From positions 1 through 64,000 of the IMG/VR virus record IMGVR_UViG_3300043086_000064: a DNA stretch of 64,000 nucleotides, one strand, 5' to 3'. The DNA is from a virus. Its lineage: Duplodnaviria; Caudoviricetes. The number at the start of each line of letters is the position of its first letter. The stretch's first letter is position 1. Made by a program: the position numbers and the translations under genes. Shown here piece after piece: positions 1-9,110 of this stretch. Under the pieces are notes generated by a model that saw only the letters and a program-made list of their open reading frames with translations, was not told the DNA's origin and searched no databases.

Positions 1-10
1 AAAGAGGAGT

Positions 11-754
11 CTACTCGAAAGTAAACTCCTCGTCCCAAATAATCTTTTCTTCTTTTCCGTCCCAACACATAGTTCCATTTACCAAAGTAAGGCCGGTCAT
101 TTCTCTAAATTTGTCCATAACAGTAATTTTATAATCCTTTCTGCGAATAGGCATTTGAGTTTCATGCTCGTCTAATAAGTCAACAGCTAAATCATTAAAC
201 TCTTCTCTTGTCTTAGGCGTATAATATTTTTTAATAAGTTCGTTTCTTAACTTCTCTTCTTCTACTGTCATTAAACGTGGCATATCCGTTTCTTTATCTT
301 TAACGCCTTGAATGCGTTTTGAGTGGCCTTTTGTGCCTTTTGTCACAGTGCGGCCATTGCCCCACCATTCTTGACGATAACTGCAGATTTTTCTTGTTAA
401 CGTATCTTCTTTATATTCCCATAAGAAAGCATAATCAGCGTCATTGCAGTGCTCACCCATAAAATCTCTTAATAGATAAACGGAAGTAGAATATCCATCT
501 GGTTGACTGGTCCATCTTTCGGCAATTGCTTTACAGGCGGCGTCCATCTTGCTTTTTCTTGGAATATACTCAGACATATAAATTTCAAGAACTTCAATGC
601 CGCCGCGCTTCTCTTTAAAAGCACAATACTCTTCGAGTTGCGTCAAGTAGGCGGTTCCTTTTCTTTTCCTTTGGTTATAAGAAGTTAAAGCCACTCCAAA
701 CCAATCTGCAATCTCTTGACTTTTCATTTCTCCTAAATGTAATTGTGGTCTCAT
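11..754 (-). CDS. Putative DNA-binding protein, paralog 1 of 3 (N-terminal HTH-like region)
   Basis: 247-aa ORF with AAGGAG RBS; shares EIAxWFG, LEEYCxF, G-x-x-G and R-x-x-T-x-x-E...L-x-x-KYY motifs with the ORFs at 1413 and 2751. Confidence 0.6.
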   Translation of the reverse strand: MRPQLHLGEMKSQEIADWFGVALTSYNQRKRKGTAYLTQLEEYCAFKEKRGGIEVLEIYMSEYIPRKSKMDAACKAIAERWTSQPDGYSTSVYLLRDFMGEHCNDADYAFLWEYKEDTLTRKICSYRQEWWGNGRTVTKGTKGHSKRIQGVKDKETDMPRLMTVEEEKLRNELIKKYYTPKTREEFNDLAVDLLDEHETQMPIRRKDYKITVMDKFREMTGLTLVNGTMCWDGKEEKIIWDEEFTFE

Positions 755-851
755 TGTCTCGCTCCTTTCTGACCATCTTAAAAGAAACTCCTTATCATAG
801 AATCGGCAGCTAATACCACCTTTTATTTTTTAAACATGGAGTTCCTCTTCG

Positions 852-922
852 GCAGAAATATTATCACTTTTTCCGGTACATATAATATATATATGTGGGG
901 GATTTTATGATAATATTTCTGC
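852..922. repeat. Nested inverted repeat upstream of paralog 1
   Basis: GCAGAAATATTATCA (852-866) / TGATAATATTTCTGC (908-922) is a perfect 15-bp IR; inner ACATATA/TATATGT (878-896) shares the same centre. Confidence 0.9.
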
Positions 923-1412
923 GTGAGATGATAAACATTTAAGTAAAAATTACCATCTATTATCTACTCAAAACAACAGAAAGAAAATTTGAAATTTTTG
1001 ACCGCGGCAACCTTTTTGTGTCTTTAAAGATAGTACATGGCCAAAGCGTTTTTCCATATTTTTTCTAATCCTTTAGGTTCGAAAAGACGTGGAATTGACG
1101 CGGAAAATTTTAAACATGTCAAGCTGCCGATCGGTTACTTGACAAGGAATTTTTTGTTTTTGTCAAGCTGAGAAATTTTCATTTGACTTTTTGAAACGAA
1201 ATTTTTTGAATGAGTTTTTTGAAACGGTTTTTCTGAGCCGTTTGTATCGGATTGGGGAGAAATTTATATTTAGGTTTGCGATTATTAGGTTGACAATAGT
1301 GAGGCCGATCGGGCAGACACATTTATCATACTTGGAGAAAAAACGTGGAGAAGGTGTCCTAGACTCTCACAAAGGTACCCTTACTATATTCGCATAAAAA
1401 AAATGGAGGAGA

Positions 1413-2192
1413 CTAATCCTCCTCCATAAAGAACGCATTCCCGCTCTCATATTCTACACATTTAATTCCTCTAATCAAATATTCTCCATTCATCAACGTC
1501 CCATTAAACGCTCTTCTAAACGTTTCATAATTATCCTTCCTTTCCTCCTTATCTAACTTTTCCTTCTTCTCTTTCGCCGCTTCTGCACTCATCTCTCCCT
1601 CTTTAACAAGAGAATCTAAGAGAGCTTGCTGTTTCACATTCTCATCAGACCTTGAGTAATATTTATGTAACAATTCTATACATCTTTTATTCTCAGCTTC
1701 TGTAAAAGGTCTTGCCTTACCACCTCTTGATACACAAAACACATATTCTGATGTTCCAATTTTTCCTCTTTTGTTTGTTAACCCATCACCAAACAAATAA
1801 TTTCTAGCATTGCGACCTTGTTTCTCCCAAGTGTTTAAAGAAATGTTTGTGCTTGCAAAATTTTCTTCTGCGGCTCTTGATGCTTCTGCGATACTTCCAA
1901 TATGCTCTTGTTTTTCTTTAAAGAATACTGGAAGGAAGTCTAACATGATGAAATATGCGGGACTTGCTTTGCGGCTTAATGTAAGGTACATTGTGCTGCC
2001 GTAGATTCTTTTTATGTTTACGCCTACATATTTTCCGTTTTCTTTTACTCTGTCAAATTCACAATAGGAAGATAATTCGGTAAGAAACTTTGTGGTTTGT
2101 TTTCTAATTCCATTTGCTGTTGTTCTTCCTCCTTTCCATGCTGCTAATTCTTCATAGGTCATAAGACCAAAATGTAAAGTTGGTTTATCCAT
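1413..2192 (-). CDS. Putative DNA-binding protein, paralog 2 of 3
   Basis: 259-aa ORF with AGGAG RBS; EELAAWKG, LSSYCEF, RGKIG, RPFTEAE...LLHKYY motifs shared with neighbours. Confidence 0.6.
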   Translation of the reverse strand: MDKPTLHFGLMTYEELAAWKGGRTTANGIRKQTTKFLTELSSYCEFDRVKENGKYVGVNIKRIYGSTMYLTLSRKASPAYFIMLDFLPVFFKEKQEHIGSIAEASRAAEENFASTNISLNTWEKQGRNARNYLFGDGLTNKRGKIGTSEYVFCVSRGGKARPFTEAENKRCIELLHKYYSRSDENVKQQALLDSLVKEGEMSAEAAKEKKEKLDKEERKDNYETFRRAFNGTLMNGEYLIRGIKCVEYESGNAFFMEED

Positions 2193-2267
2193 ATTTTTTC
2201 TCTCCTTTCTTTACATTATTATATGAAAAATAAATGGATAAAATTAAAAATCTTATCCAAAAAAATC

Positions 2268-2324
2268 TTATCCTGTGAACTGTACGCCTTAGAATATATA
2301 TAAAACGTACAGTTCACTGGATAA
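2268..2324. repeat. Inverted repeat upstream of paralog 2
   Basis: TTATCCTGTGAACTGTACG / CGTACAGTTCACTGGATAA (19 bp, 1 mismatch) around an ATATATAT-containing spacer. Confidence 0.9.
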
Positions 2325-2390
2325 AATTTCCTAACCATGGGGCGCTTGCGCGCCGCCATGGAAACAATAGAAGAAAAAGAGAAGCATAGG

Positions 2391-2490
2391 GTGGGCGCAT
2401 AGTGAACACTCAAACGCAGCGAGCAACAGCGAGCAAGTTTGAGTGTGAACGTTGTGAACACTCGTCCGCTGAGCGGACACACACCTCAAC
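2391..2490. repeat. 100-bp exact direct repeat, copy 1 (copy 2 at 3756-3855)
   Basis: GTGGGCGCATAG...CACACACCTCAAC identical at both sites; internal hairpins CACTCAAAC/GTTTGAGTG and GTCCGC/GCGGAC. Confidence 0.95.
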
Positions 2491-2585
2491 TGTTTAGCCT
2501 TCGGCTTCACAGACAATAGAGAAATAATTAACACTTGGGCGGCGCCTATTTTGCATCTTCATGCATTAACCATCAGACAGCTAGT

Positions 2586-2640
2586 TTGTTCCTTTTTTTT
2601 TAAACCTATATATTAACAGTCTTTAAAAAAAAAGGAACAA
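2586..2640. repeat. TTGTTCC-type inverted repeat downstream of paralog 3
   Basis: TTGTTCC-T9-AAA / TTT-A9-GGAACAA is a perfect 19-bp IR; spacer begins CCTATAT. Confidence 0.9.
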
Positions 2641-2750
2641 ATTCGCTCCTTTAACAATAGTTCATTTAGCAGCTTTATATATAAAAAAGTGATAACATAT
2701 CACTTTTCATTATTATATCAAAATTTTCATTCATACTGGTAGGGGAAGCC

Positions 2751-3515
2751 TTAACTTCCCCTCTCAGCGAGCGCAGCCGAACAAAACTCTTCCCACACAG
2801 CTCTCTCACATTTCATCGCCCAATCAACAGGCTTCCCATCTAATCTTTCACTCAACTTCTCCAACGCATAAAAATATTCCGCCAACTTTTTATCCGCCGC
2901 ATTTAACAACTTATTAGCTTCATCTTTACAAATTTTCCCCGCGGCGTATTGAGAAACAACCTCAACCTCCTCTTTCTTCTCTTGTAAACTTTGTTCCTTT
3001 CTACAAGAGTAAAAGAACTCCAAATCTGCTTCGCTAACCGGCTCCCATTCTTCCCCATTATAAAAACAAAGAACCTTTTCTCTTGTGCCTAATCTTCCTA
3101 TTGTTCCAACTTTTCTTGCAGTTTTTGCGATTCCCCATTGTTCCTTCATGCTTATATATATGTAATTTAATTGAGTTCTTTCACCAATAGTCAGTTGAGA
3201 AGAGAAGGCTTTATCTGCTTTCATTCTTTTTAACATTGTTGTTCCCTTAGAACACTTTGTTTTAGAACCTAATGTGTATTCTTCAACCTTTTTGTTAATC
3301 AACTCCATATTCTTTGATTTTTTCTTTTCGTATGTGAGGCCTGCGGCCTCTACGTAGGTAATGTTAATTTTCCCGTCTGGAAGTTCTTCAAAGTCACAAT
3401 ATTCTTTGAGCAATTCCAGTTTCTCTTGTTTTCTTTTTCTAAAAGTTGGTTCTTTGATACCGAACCACTCAGCCAACTCTTTGTTGGTTGTAATACCTGG
3501 TTGTAATTCAATCAT
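2751..3515 (-). CDS. Putative DNA-binding protein, paralog 3 of 3
   Basis: 254-aa ORF; KELAEWFG, LKEYCDF, GRLG motifs shared with paralogs 1 and 2. Confidence 0.6.
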   Translation of the reverse strand: MIELQPGITTNKELAEWFGIKEPTFRKRKQEKLELLKEYCDFEELPDGKINITYVEAAGLTYEKKKSKNMELINKKVEEYTLGSKTKCSKGTTMLKRMKADKAFSSQLTIGERTQLNYIYISMKEQWGIAKTARKVGTIGRLGTREKVLCFYNGEEWEPVSEADLEFFYSCRKEQSLQEKKEEVEVVSQYAAGKICKDEANKLLNAADKKLAEYFYALEKLSERLDGKPVDWAMKCERAVWEEFCSAALAERGS

Positions 3516-3542
3516 TTTAGTTATCCTTTCTAGCTGCTGTCG

Positions 3543-3597
3543 TTGTTCCTTTTTTTGTGTAACCTATATTTTAATGTTTACACAAAAAAAGGAACAA
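3543..3597. repeat. TTGTTCC-type inverted repeat upstream of paralog 3
   Basis: TTGTTCC-T7-GTGTAA / TTACAC-A7-GGAACAA is a perfect 20-bp IR; spacer begins CCTATAT. Confidence 0.9.
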
Positions 3598-3755
3598 GAT
3601 TGGCTGCTTATTATATCAAAAGGAACACTTTGTTCCTTTTCAATATTATATCAAAATTTTCATTTTCTTCCAAGATAAAAATGTCCACTCAACTAAATTA
3701 AAATTGACTGGGGCTTCGCCGCCAGTCAACAATAGAGAAAAGAAAGGCGCATAGA

Positions 3756-3855
3756 GTGGGCGCATAGTGAACACTCAAACGCAGCGAGCAACAGCGAGCA
3801 AGTTTGAGTGTGAACGTTGTGAACACTCGTCCGCTGAGCGGACACACACCTCAAC
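3756..3855. repeat. 100-bp exact direct repeat, copy 2
   Basis: Identical to 2391-2490; followed, like copy 1, by CGGCGCCTATTTTGCATCTTCAT-x-CATTAACCATCA. Confidence 0.95.
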
Positions 3856-4139
3856 AAGAGAAGAATAAAAAGAAGAAGAAATAAATATACGCGCGGCGCC
3901 TATTTTGCATCTTCATACATTAACCATCACACCTCTAATTTAGTCACTTTTTTTATAAACCCAGTTAAAAAGTGTGAGACCTTCGGCCTCACAAACAATA
4001 GAGAATAAACAAATAATGCGGGACCCTCTCAGCAGCATCCATGTTTTAACACGAACGAAGTGAGTGAGGTCCCGCACACGATGAACCTAAGAGTAGTCTC
4101 AGGACAGTTTAGTTAGGAGGTTGCAGAGAGTTGACACAA

Positions 4140-4700
4140 CTATGTTGTGTCTGCTCTCGCAATACCGACTTCTAAACTGTCCGGCTCATCATACCAAGTA
4201 AAGTATCCCTCATTACACATATCTTCAAGAACACACTGCACTGCAATTCCTGAATATTGAGGAAATTCTCTCTCCAAATAATTAGAAGGATACTCCAACA
4301 AATGTTTCTTCTTAATAAAAATTTTCTTATGATAGCTCAACTCTTGTTTAATTTCCTTCAAATAATAAGGATTCATGTGAACATGTTTGTGCCCGGCCAA
4401 ATCCTCATCAACTCTCCACATTTCAGGGTGAGCTATTGAATAAACGATGGTTCCATCAATTCTTTTCTCATAATTGATAACCTTACCAAGAATCAACTCC
4501 ACAAAAGATTCACTATACTCCAACAACGCATTTTGCGCATTAGGTCTTGAATCCATAAACTGTTCGGCTGTTTCCTCCATAATATTATACACAAGAGTAT
4601 GATAAATGGGAACGTAACCTTTCACGAATATGGTTCCACCTTGCCTAATGAACGATAACATAATCTCATTTTTGCGGGACTTATTCGCTTCCATAAACAT
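4140..4700 (-). CDS. Hypothetical protein
   Basis: 186-aa ORF with AGGAG RBS; no motif recognised. Confidence 0.6.
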   Translation of the reverse strand: MFMEANKSRKNEIMLSFIRQGGTIFVKGYVPIYHTLVYNIMEETAEQFMDSRPNAQNALLEYSESFVELILGKVINYEKRIDGTIVYSIAHPEMWRVDEDLAGHKHVHMNPYYLKEIKQELSYHKKIFIKKKHLLEYPSNYLEREFPQYSGIAVQCVLEDMCNEGYFTWYDEPDSLEVGIARADTT

Positions 4701-4931
4701 TCTCCTTTGAGACTCTGAAAGAAAAGTGCAGTTTTCTTTTTGTTCTCAGACATACATAAAAAAAGGAAGGCATTTTGCCCCCCTTTTGACCAATCATTTT
4801 TTTCAAATGTTTTAATTTTCATATAACAATGCGGGCACAGCATCTTTTTTGCTTCCTTAAGGATAGTCCCCGCATTCATTCATTTTTTCTTTTGTTCAAG
4901 TACTTGTTACGAAGGGTATGAGCAAAGCGAA

Positions 4932-5210
4932 TTACCCGTAGTACAAGTACACCTTTCCCGAATTTTTATCCCAAACTGCGTTTTCTGAGATAAGTATATC
5001 TTTTCCCATCTTTTCGTAATCCATATACATACAAATCCATGCGGGAATGTTGTCTAGTAGACAATTATCATCACAGTACGCAATTCCAAAATCCGCAAAA
5101 GTCCAACAGTTTGTGTAAACGTAAAGTTCACCATTCTCATATCTTTCCAACCATTCTTCTTCTGTTGAACCCATCTCATCAACCAAAAATTCCAAATCTC
5201 TTTTAAGCAT
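4932..5210 (-). CDS. ArdA-like anti-restriction C-terminal-domain protein
   Basis: Acidic 92 aa with YMDYEKMGKDI, resembling the ArdA YxDYE-x-x-x-RD motif; SD lies inside a 19-bp element. Confidence 0.45.
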   Translation of the reverse strand: MLKRDLEFLVDEMGSTEEEWLERYENGELYVYTNCWTFADFGIAYCDDNCLLDNIPAWICMYMDYEKMGKDILISENAVWDKNSGKVYLYYG

Positions 5211-5252
5211 GCGGCGCCTCCTTTGCGTCGTTTTGTGTGAACCTTAAATGTT

Positions 5253-5447
5253 CTAAATTTCGAGTACGAACATTAGAGCACAAGTGTAAAGTACTGCCCA
5301 GAAACCTACAACAGGGATAACTACATGCAAATTTTTCCCTTTTTCGATGGAAGAGAGACCGCTCAAAGCGTTCTCATACATCAAACTTCCATAAATAACA
5401 AATACGATAACTTTAACTAAAATTTCTAAAACTTTTAACATAATCAA
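5253..5447 (-). CDS. Small two-TM membrane protein
   Basis: 64 aa with two hydrophobic stretches; AGGA RBS. Confidence 0.55.
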   Translation of the reverse strand: MIMLKVLEILVKVIVFVIYGSLMYENALSGLSSIEKGKNLHVVIPVVGFWAVLYTCALMFVLEI

Positions 5448-5477
5448 TTTTCCTTCCTTTGCGGCGCCTCCTTGGCG

Positions 5478-5719
5478 TCAATCATTCAACTCATCTTCGT
5501 GAGCATAATACCATTTCCAATACTCATTAGTTGGAGCAGCAGTGATTCCTTCGTTCAGAAGCTCAACTTGTCTTTTAAGTTTCTCATTCTCTTGTCTTAA
5601 TTTTTCATTTTCCTTGTCTAAAAGATTTGATTTATCTCTTTTAGAGAAGCAATAGTACCAAACAATTCACCAATAACAGTGCAACTATAAGCACTCATCT
5701 CCAAATAATTATCAATCAT
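5478..5719 (-). pseudogene. Frameshifted small coiled-coil ORF
   Basis: ATG at 5719 directly follows a 19-bp element with SD; frame stops after 35 codons (CTA AAA GAG...TAG); the -1 frame continues DKENEKLRQENEKLKRQVELL to TGA at 5478. Confidence 0.5.
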
Positions 5720-5846
5720 GCGGCGACCCCCTCGTGTCTTTATGTATTAACACTTTTTGTTTCCTTTCTTATTACATATATATTATACAATAAATTTTTA
5801 AAAAAAGAAATGCGGCGACCATCTTAACCGCCGCATTATGTTTCAT

Positions 5847-6101
5847 TTACAACACCACCGACGAGGCGCCGTACATCTTTGATAATACAAAAATAACAAC
5901 ACAAACATCTGTAAATAATAAGAACATAGATATGAGCATCCAAATTAGTTGTTTTCTATTGTTTCCTTCATCTTCATATTCTTTTGAAATAAACATGGCG
6001 AGTGCGGTTGGTAAGAAGAATAAAAAAGCTCCAAACTCTCCTAATAGAATAAGAAAAAGAGCTTTAGCAATCTGAAAAAATTCAGTCATCAGACTCTCCA
6101 A
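5847..6101 (-). CDS. Small two-TM membrane protein
   Basis: 84 aa with two hydrophobic segments; overlaps the end of the upstream gene. Confidence 0.55.
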   Translation of the reverse strand: MESLMTEFFQIAKALFLILLGEFGAFLFFLPTALAMFISKEYEDEGNNRKQLIWMLISMFLLFTDVCVVIFVLSKMYGASSVVL

Positions 6102-7053
6102 TTAACTCTTTCAATAAACCAGGCCAATCTTCAAATTCATTTAATGATTCCTTTACCTTTCGTACTAATTTACCAAATTCATATTTTTTTAATCTTAATT
6201 CATAATTTTCATCATTGATACGAGAAAACTCTTCATCTCTCCATTCACAATACTCTACCAGCCCGGCAATATCTTTCCTTAAACCCTCATATAAATGTGT
6301 AATCTCTCTCATTCCCTCTTGAAATGTTCTAGGATAATATGTGCCTTCAGCCTCTTCATCATCGTGAGTAATATCTAAGTGCATTCTCTTTCTAAATTCC
6401 TCAAGTTGTTTACACATCTCATCTATCTGATAACGCAACACCTTTTCCGTATTTTTCAAGTCCAAATTTTCTTCAACCAAATTATCATTCTCATACTGCA
6501 TTAAACTCATCGTATCAAGAGCTTCATCTAAATGATGGTCTGTTTCAACCAAATCTTCCATCAAAATTTCATTCTTATTTTTTACAAACTTTAATTCCTC
6601 TTTTAATTTTGAAGTCGCATCTCTTTCTGCACACAACATATTGTAATACTCAATGTTTAAATCCTCAAGGTCATACGTTTCATCTTCCAATTCTCTATTA
6701 GCCTTTTTTAATCTTTCACATTCATCTTTCATTTTAAGCAGCTCATCATTTCTTTTAATCAACTGATTATAAAGACTCTCATTCTCAGCTTCAGTGGCAT
6801 CTAATTCCCTTTGCAATTCAGACTTAATCTTCAAAAGATTCAGATTCTGATTATTCAAATCTTCAGCAAGAGCCTTATATCTATCCAACTCTTTCAGCTT
6901 CTCCTCCAAATCTTTAATTTCTGTATTAGCAGCTCTTAAATCCTCTAAATATCCCTGACTTTGTTTTCTAAGGACACTATTAGACTTTTCCAACTCATCT
7001 TTCTCATCAATAATAGCGTTAAAAACTTCCATCTCCATAAAAACTTTACTCAT
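6082..7053 (-). CDS. Acidic coiled-coil protein
   Basis: 323 aa with heptad L/E-N-x-x-L repeats; ATG directly after the 19-bp element carrying GAGGAGG. Confidence 0.7.
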   Translation of the reverse strand: MSKVFMEMEVFNAIIDEKDELEKSNSVLRKQSQGYLEDLRAANTEIKDLEEKLKELDRYKALAEDLNNQNLNLLKIKSELQRELDATEAENESLYNQLIKRNDELLKMKDECERLKKANRELEDETYDLEDLNIEYYNMLCAERDATSKLKEELKFVKNKNEILMEDLVETDHHLDEALDTMSLMQYENDNLVEENLDLKNTEKVLRYQIDEMCKQLEEFRKRMHLDITHDDEEAEGTYYPRTFQEGMREITHLYEGLRKDIAGLVEYCEWRDEEFSRINDENYELRLKKYEFGKLVRKVKESLNEFEDWPGLLKELIGESDD

Positions 7054-7094
7054 GCGGCAACCTCCTCGTGGCCTAATACATGCTTTCCCGCGCT

Positions 7095-7352
7095 TTAAAA
7101 AGGTTTGGTCAGATAATCATAGCTATCTGCCTTCTTCTTATATTTACGAACCAATTCTCTCAACTGTTCATTCTCTTGTTTCAATTCTCTAACATCTTCT
7201 TCTAAGTTATTATAGTTAATGAACAGCTTCAACAACTTCTCTTGAAAGTCCTTTTTCTCATCAAAAGAAAGAGAAACACACTTCTCGTTAACATCATTAA
7301 ACAAGTCAATAATCACAGAATATCTTTCTTCAACACTTCGTTTCTCTTTCAT
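7095..7352 (-). CDS. Small coiled-coil protein (start revised to 7352)
   Basis: ATG AAA GAG follows a 19-bp element with AAGGAGG; ELKQENEQLR motif. Confidence 0.6.
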   Translation of the reverse strand: MKEKRSVEERYSVIIDLFNDVNEKCVSLSFDEKKDFQEKLLKLFINYNNLEEDVRELKQENEQLRELVRKYKKKADSYDYLTKPF

Positions 7353-7409
7353 GCGGGGCCTCCTTAGCATCTTCATCAATCATCCAGACGGAAACCAACC
7401 AGTTCCCGC

Positions 7410-7769
7410 CTAATAAATTCCATGGCGGCTTTTAAAGTCATCGTTCAAAAAGCTGACATCAATTCTTAATTGAACATTCTCTTTTATTAAGCCTTCAACT
7501 TCTTTCTCCAGCTCTGCAACTCTCTTTTCCAACTTCTTCTTCTCTTGTTTATTATCAATCTTTCTAGGAAATTTATTTTCAATCTCCTCAACCATTATAA
7601 AGTTTGCTTGAGGGCCGCTCATACAGTCTCCAACGTATCTGCCAGGAAAGAAATGCTCCCACAGTTCATTTAAAGCCTCTTGAGCATTAGCGGTAGGAAT
7701 ATCCTTACCAGGACAAAAGGTTTCTTTCAATCTTTTTCTTAATTCTTCTCTTGTCTCATTTCTTTTCAT
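7410..7769 (-). CDS. Hypothetical protein with C-terminal coiled coil
   Basis: 119 aa; VEGLIKENVQLR. Confidence 0.6.
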   Translation of the reverse strand: MKRNETREELRKRLKETFCPGKDIPTANAQEALNELWEHFFPGRYVGDCMSGPQANFIMVEEIENKFPRKIDNKQEKKKLEKRVAELEKEVEGLIKENVQLRIDVSFLNDDFKSRHGIY

Positions 7770-7878
7770 TTCTTAATCTTTCTCTCCTTCTTCTCTCTTG
7801 CCATTCAAACACTTTATAAAAGTTAGAACCGCCAACCAAAACAATAACCATAGCAACTGCGACACAAAAGTATTCCAT
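7756..7878 (-). CDS. 40-aa single-TM peptide not in the ORF track
   Basis: MEYFCVAVAMVIVLVGGSNFYKVFEWQERRRRERLRNEKK; start overlaps the upstream stop (TAATG), preceded by GGAG. Confidence 0.45.
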   Translation of the reverse strand: MEYFCVAVAMVIVLVGGSNFYKVFEWQERRRRERLRNEKK

Positions 7879-8219
7879 TATTCTTCCTCTCCAATTCCAA
7901 TAGTATCACAATAATTATCATAGTAACTGTAACATGCTTCAGGGCTTCTCTTGCCATAAAGTCTGCCATTCAGTTCAGTAATCAAATCTTCTTGAGCATT
8001 GATTTTATTTACATAATCATCAATGATGCCATTCAGCTCCTCAATTTTCTTTTCAGCTTCAATTCTGCGCTGTTGCTCTTCCTTTTGAGCCTGCATCCAT
8101 CTATTTGCTTCTCTTTCAGCTTCATTTTTATCATAACGAGTAAGCAAGAGAGCTTCAATCAACTGTTCATATTCTTCCAAGTTATCAAGGTCAATAGTGT
8201 ACCAAAAGTTATTTTCCAT
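7878..8219 (-). CDS. Acidic coiled-coil hypothetical protein
   Basis: 113 aa, first gene after the promoter at 8239. Confidence 0.65.
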   Translation of the reverse strand: MENNFWYTIDLDNLEEYEQLIEALLLTRYDKNEAEREANRWMQAQKEEQQRRIEAEKKIEELNGIIDDYVNKINAQEDLITELNGRLYGKRSPEACYSYYDNYCDTIGIGEEE

Positions 8220-8300
8220 CTTTTTATCCTTTCCTTATTTACATATATATTATAACAAAATTTTTAATTATTATATAGGCGGCGCCTGGGTTGCCGCCTG

Positions 8301-8606
8301 TTATTCAACCACATAAACAATGCCTTTATCACCATCATAATACATAGCAATATCTCCCTTATCAATCAGCCATCTTGCATATCCTTCATAATCAACAAAA
8401 GGCATAATCTCTCCAGCAACGCCTCCCCAGTTTCTAAGATAATATTCACAACCAAACTGAACCAAATTATCAAATTCATATTTAACAACTTCAAAGTCTG
8501 TCAGAAAGCACTCCAAATCTGTATCAAGCTGTCGAGCAAGAGAGTTACAAATATTTTCAGTTAAAGTGCGTGGGTCAATTCCGTCAGTATATTTGCATTG
8601 TTTCAT
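8301..8606 (-). CDS. ArdA-like anti-restriction C-terminal-domain protein, paralog of 4932-5210
   Basis: Acidic; FVDYEGYARWL...YYDGDKGIVYVV parallels YMDYEKMGKDI...VWDKNSGKVYLY; own promoter at 8627. Confidence 0.45.
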   Translation of the reverse strand: MKQCKYTDGIDPRTLTENICNSLARQLDTDLECFLTDFEVVKYEFDNLVQFGCEYYLRNWGGVAGEIMPFVDYEGYARWLIDKGDIAMYYDGDKGIVYVVE

Positions 8607-8722
8607 ATTTTTTTACCTCTTTCTTATTACATATATATTATAATATAAATTTTAATTTTAATACAGGCGGCGACTGCTTTGCCGCCTGATGTTCAGTACA
8701 TTATTCTGCCAACAAGGTCCCG

Positions 8723-9019
8723 CTAATCAAACCAGTCTTCTTGGCTCATACGCAGATTCTCAATCTCTTGTCTTAAGGCTTCGTTCTCATTCTCCAACTC
8801 TTGCACTCTGTCAATCTGATTGTCAAGTTCAGCACAAGTTTCCTTGTATTGATGTTGCAAGTCCTCATAGGCTTCATTCAATTCATCACTGTTTAATTCA
8901 ACTAAAGTAATAGCCTGTCTAACATCATCTAATCTCTTTTGAATTTCTTCAACATGCTCTGCTGTTAAAAGATAGGCACCCATCAATTCATTATACTTTT
9001 CTCTATCACTCTTAAACAT
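8723..9019 (-). CDS. Acidic coiled-coil protein (start revised to 9019)
   Basis: GAGAGG RBS and promoter at 9040; ELENENEALRQEIENLR. Confidence 0.65.
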   Translation of the reverse strand: MFKSDREKYNELMGAYLLTAEHVEEIQKRLDDVRQAITLVELNSDELNEAYEDLQHQYKETCAELDNQIDRVQELENENEALRQEIENLRMSQEDWFD

Positions 9020-9110
9020 TTTTAAGTCCTCTCTTTCATTTACATATATATTATAATATAAAATAATAAAAAAATAAATGCGGCGACCATCTCGGCCACC
9101 GCATAAAAGA

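Noticed and set aside
1191-1397. Plus-strand 68-aa ORF
   Set aside because: TTG start without RBS, in an intergenic region opposite to the local gene direction.
852-3597. Protelomerase (hairpin telomere) target sites
   Set aside because: The IRs have 15-41-nt non-palindromic spacers and differ from each other, and no tyrosine-recombinase catalytic motif was recognised in the adjacent proteins.
2391-3855. CRISPR array or IS terminal repeats
   Set aside because: Only two 100-bp copies 1365 bp apart, with no regular repeat-spacer series and no recognisable transposase or cas gene.
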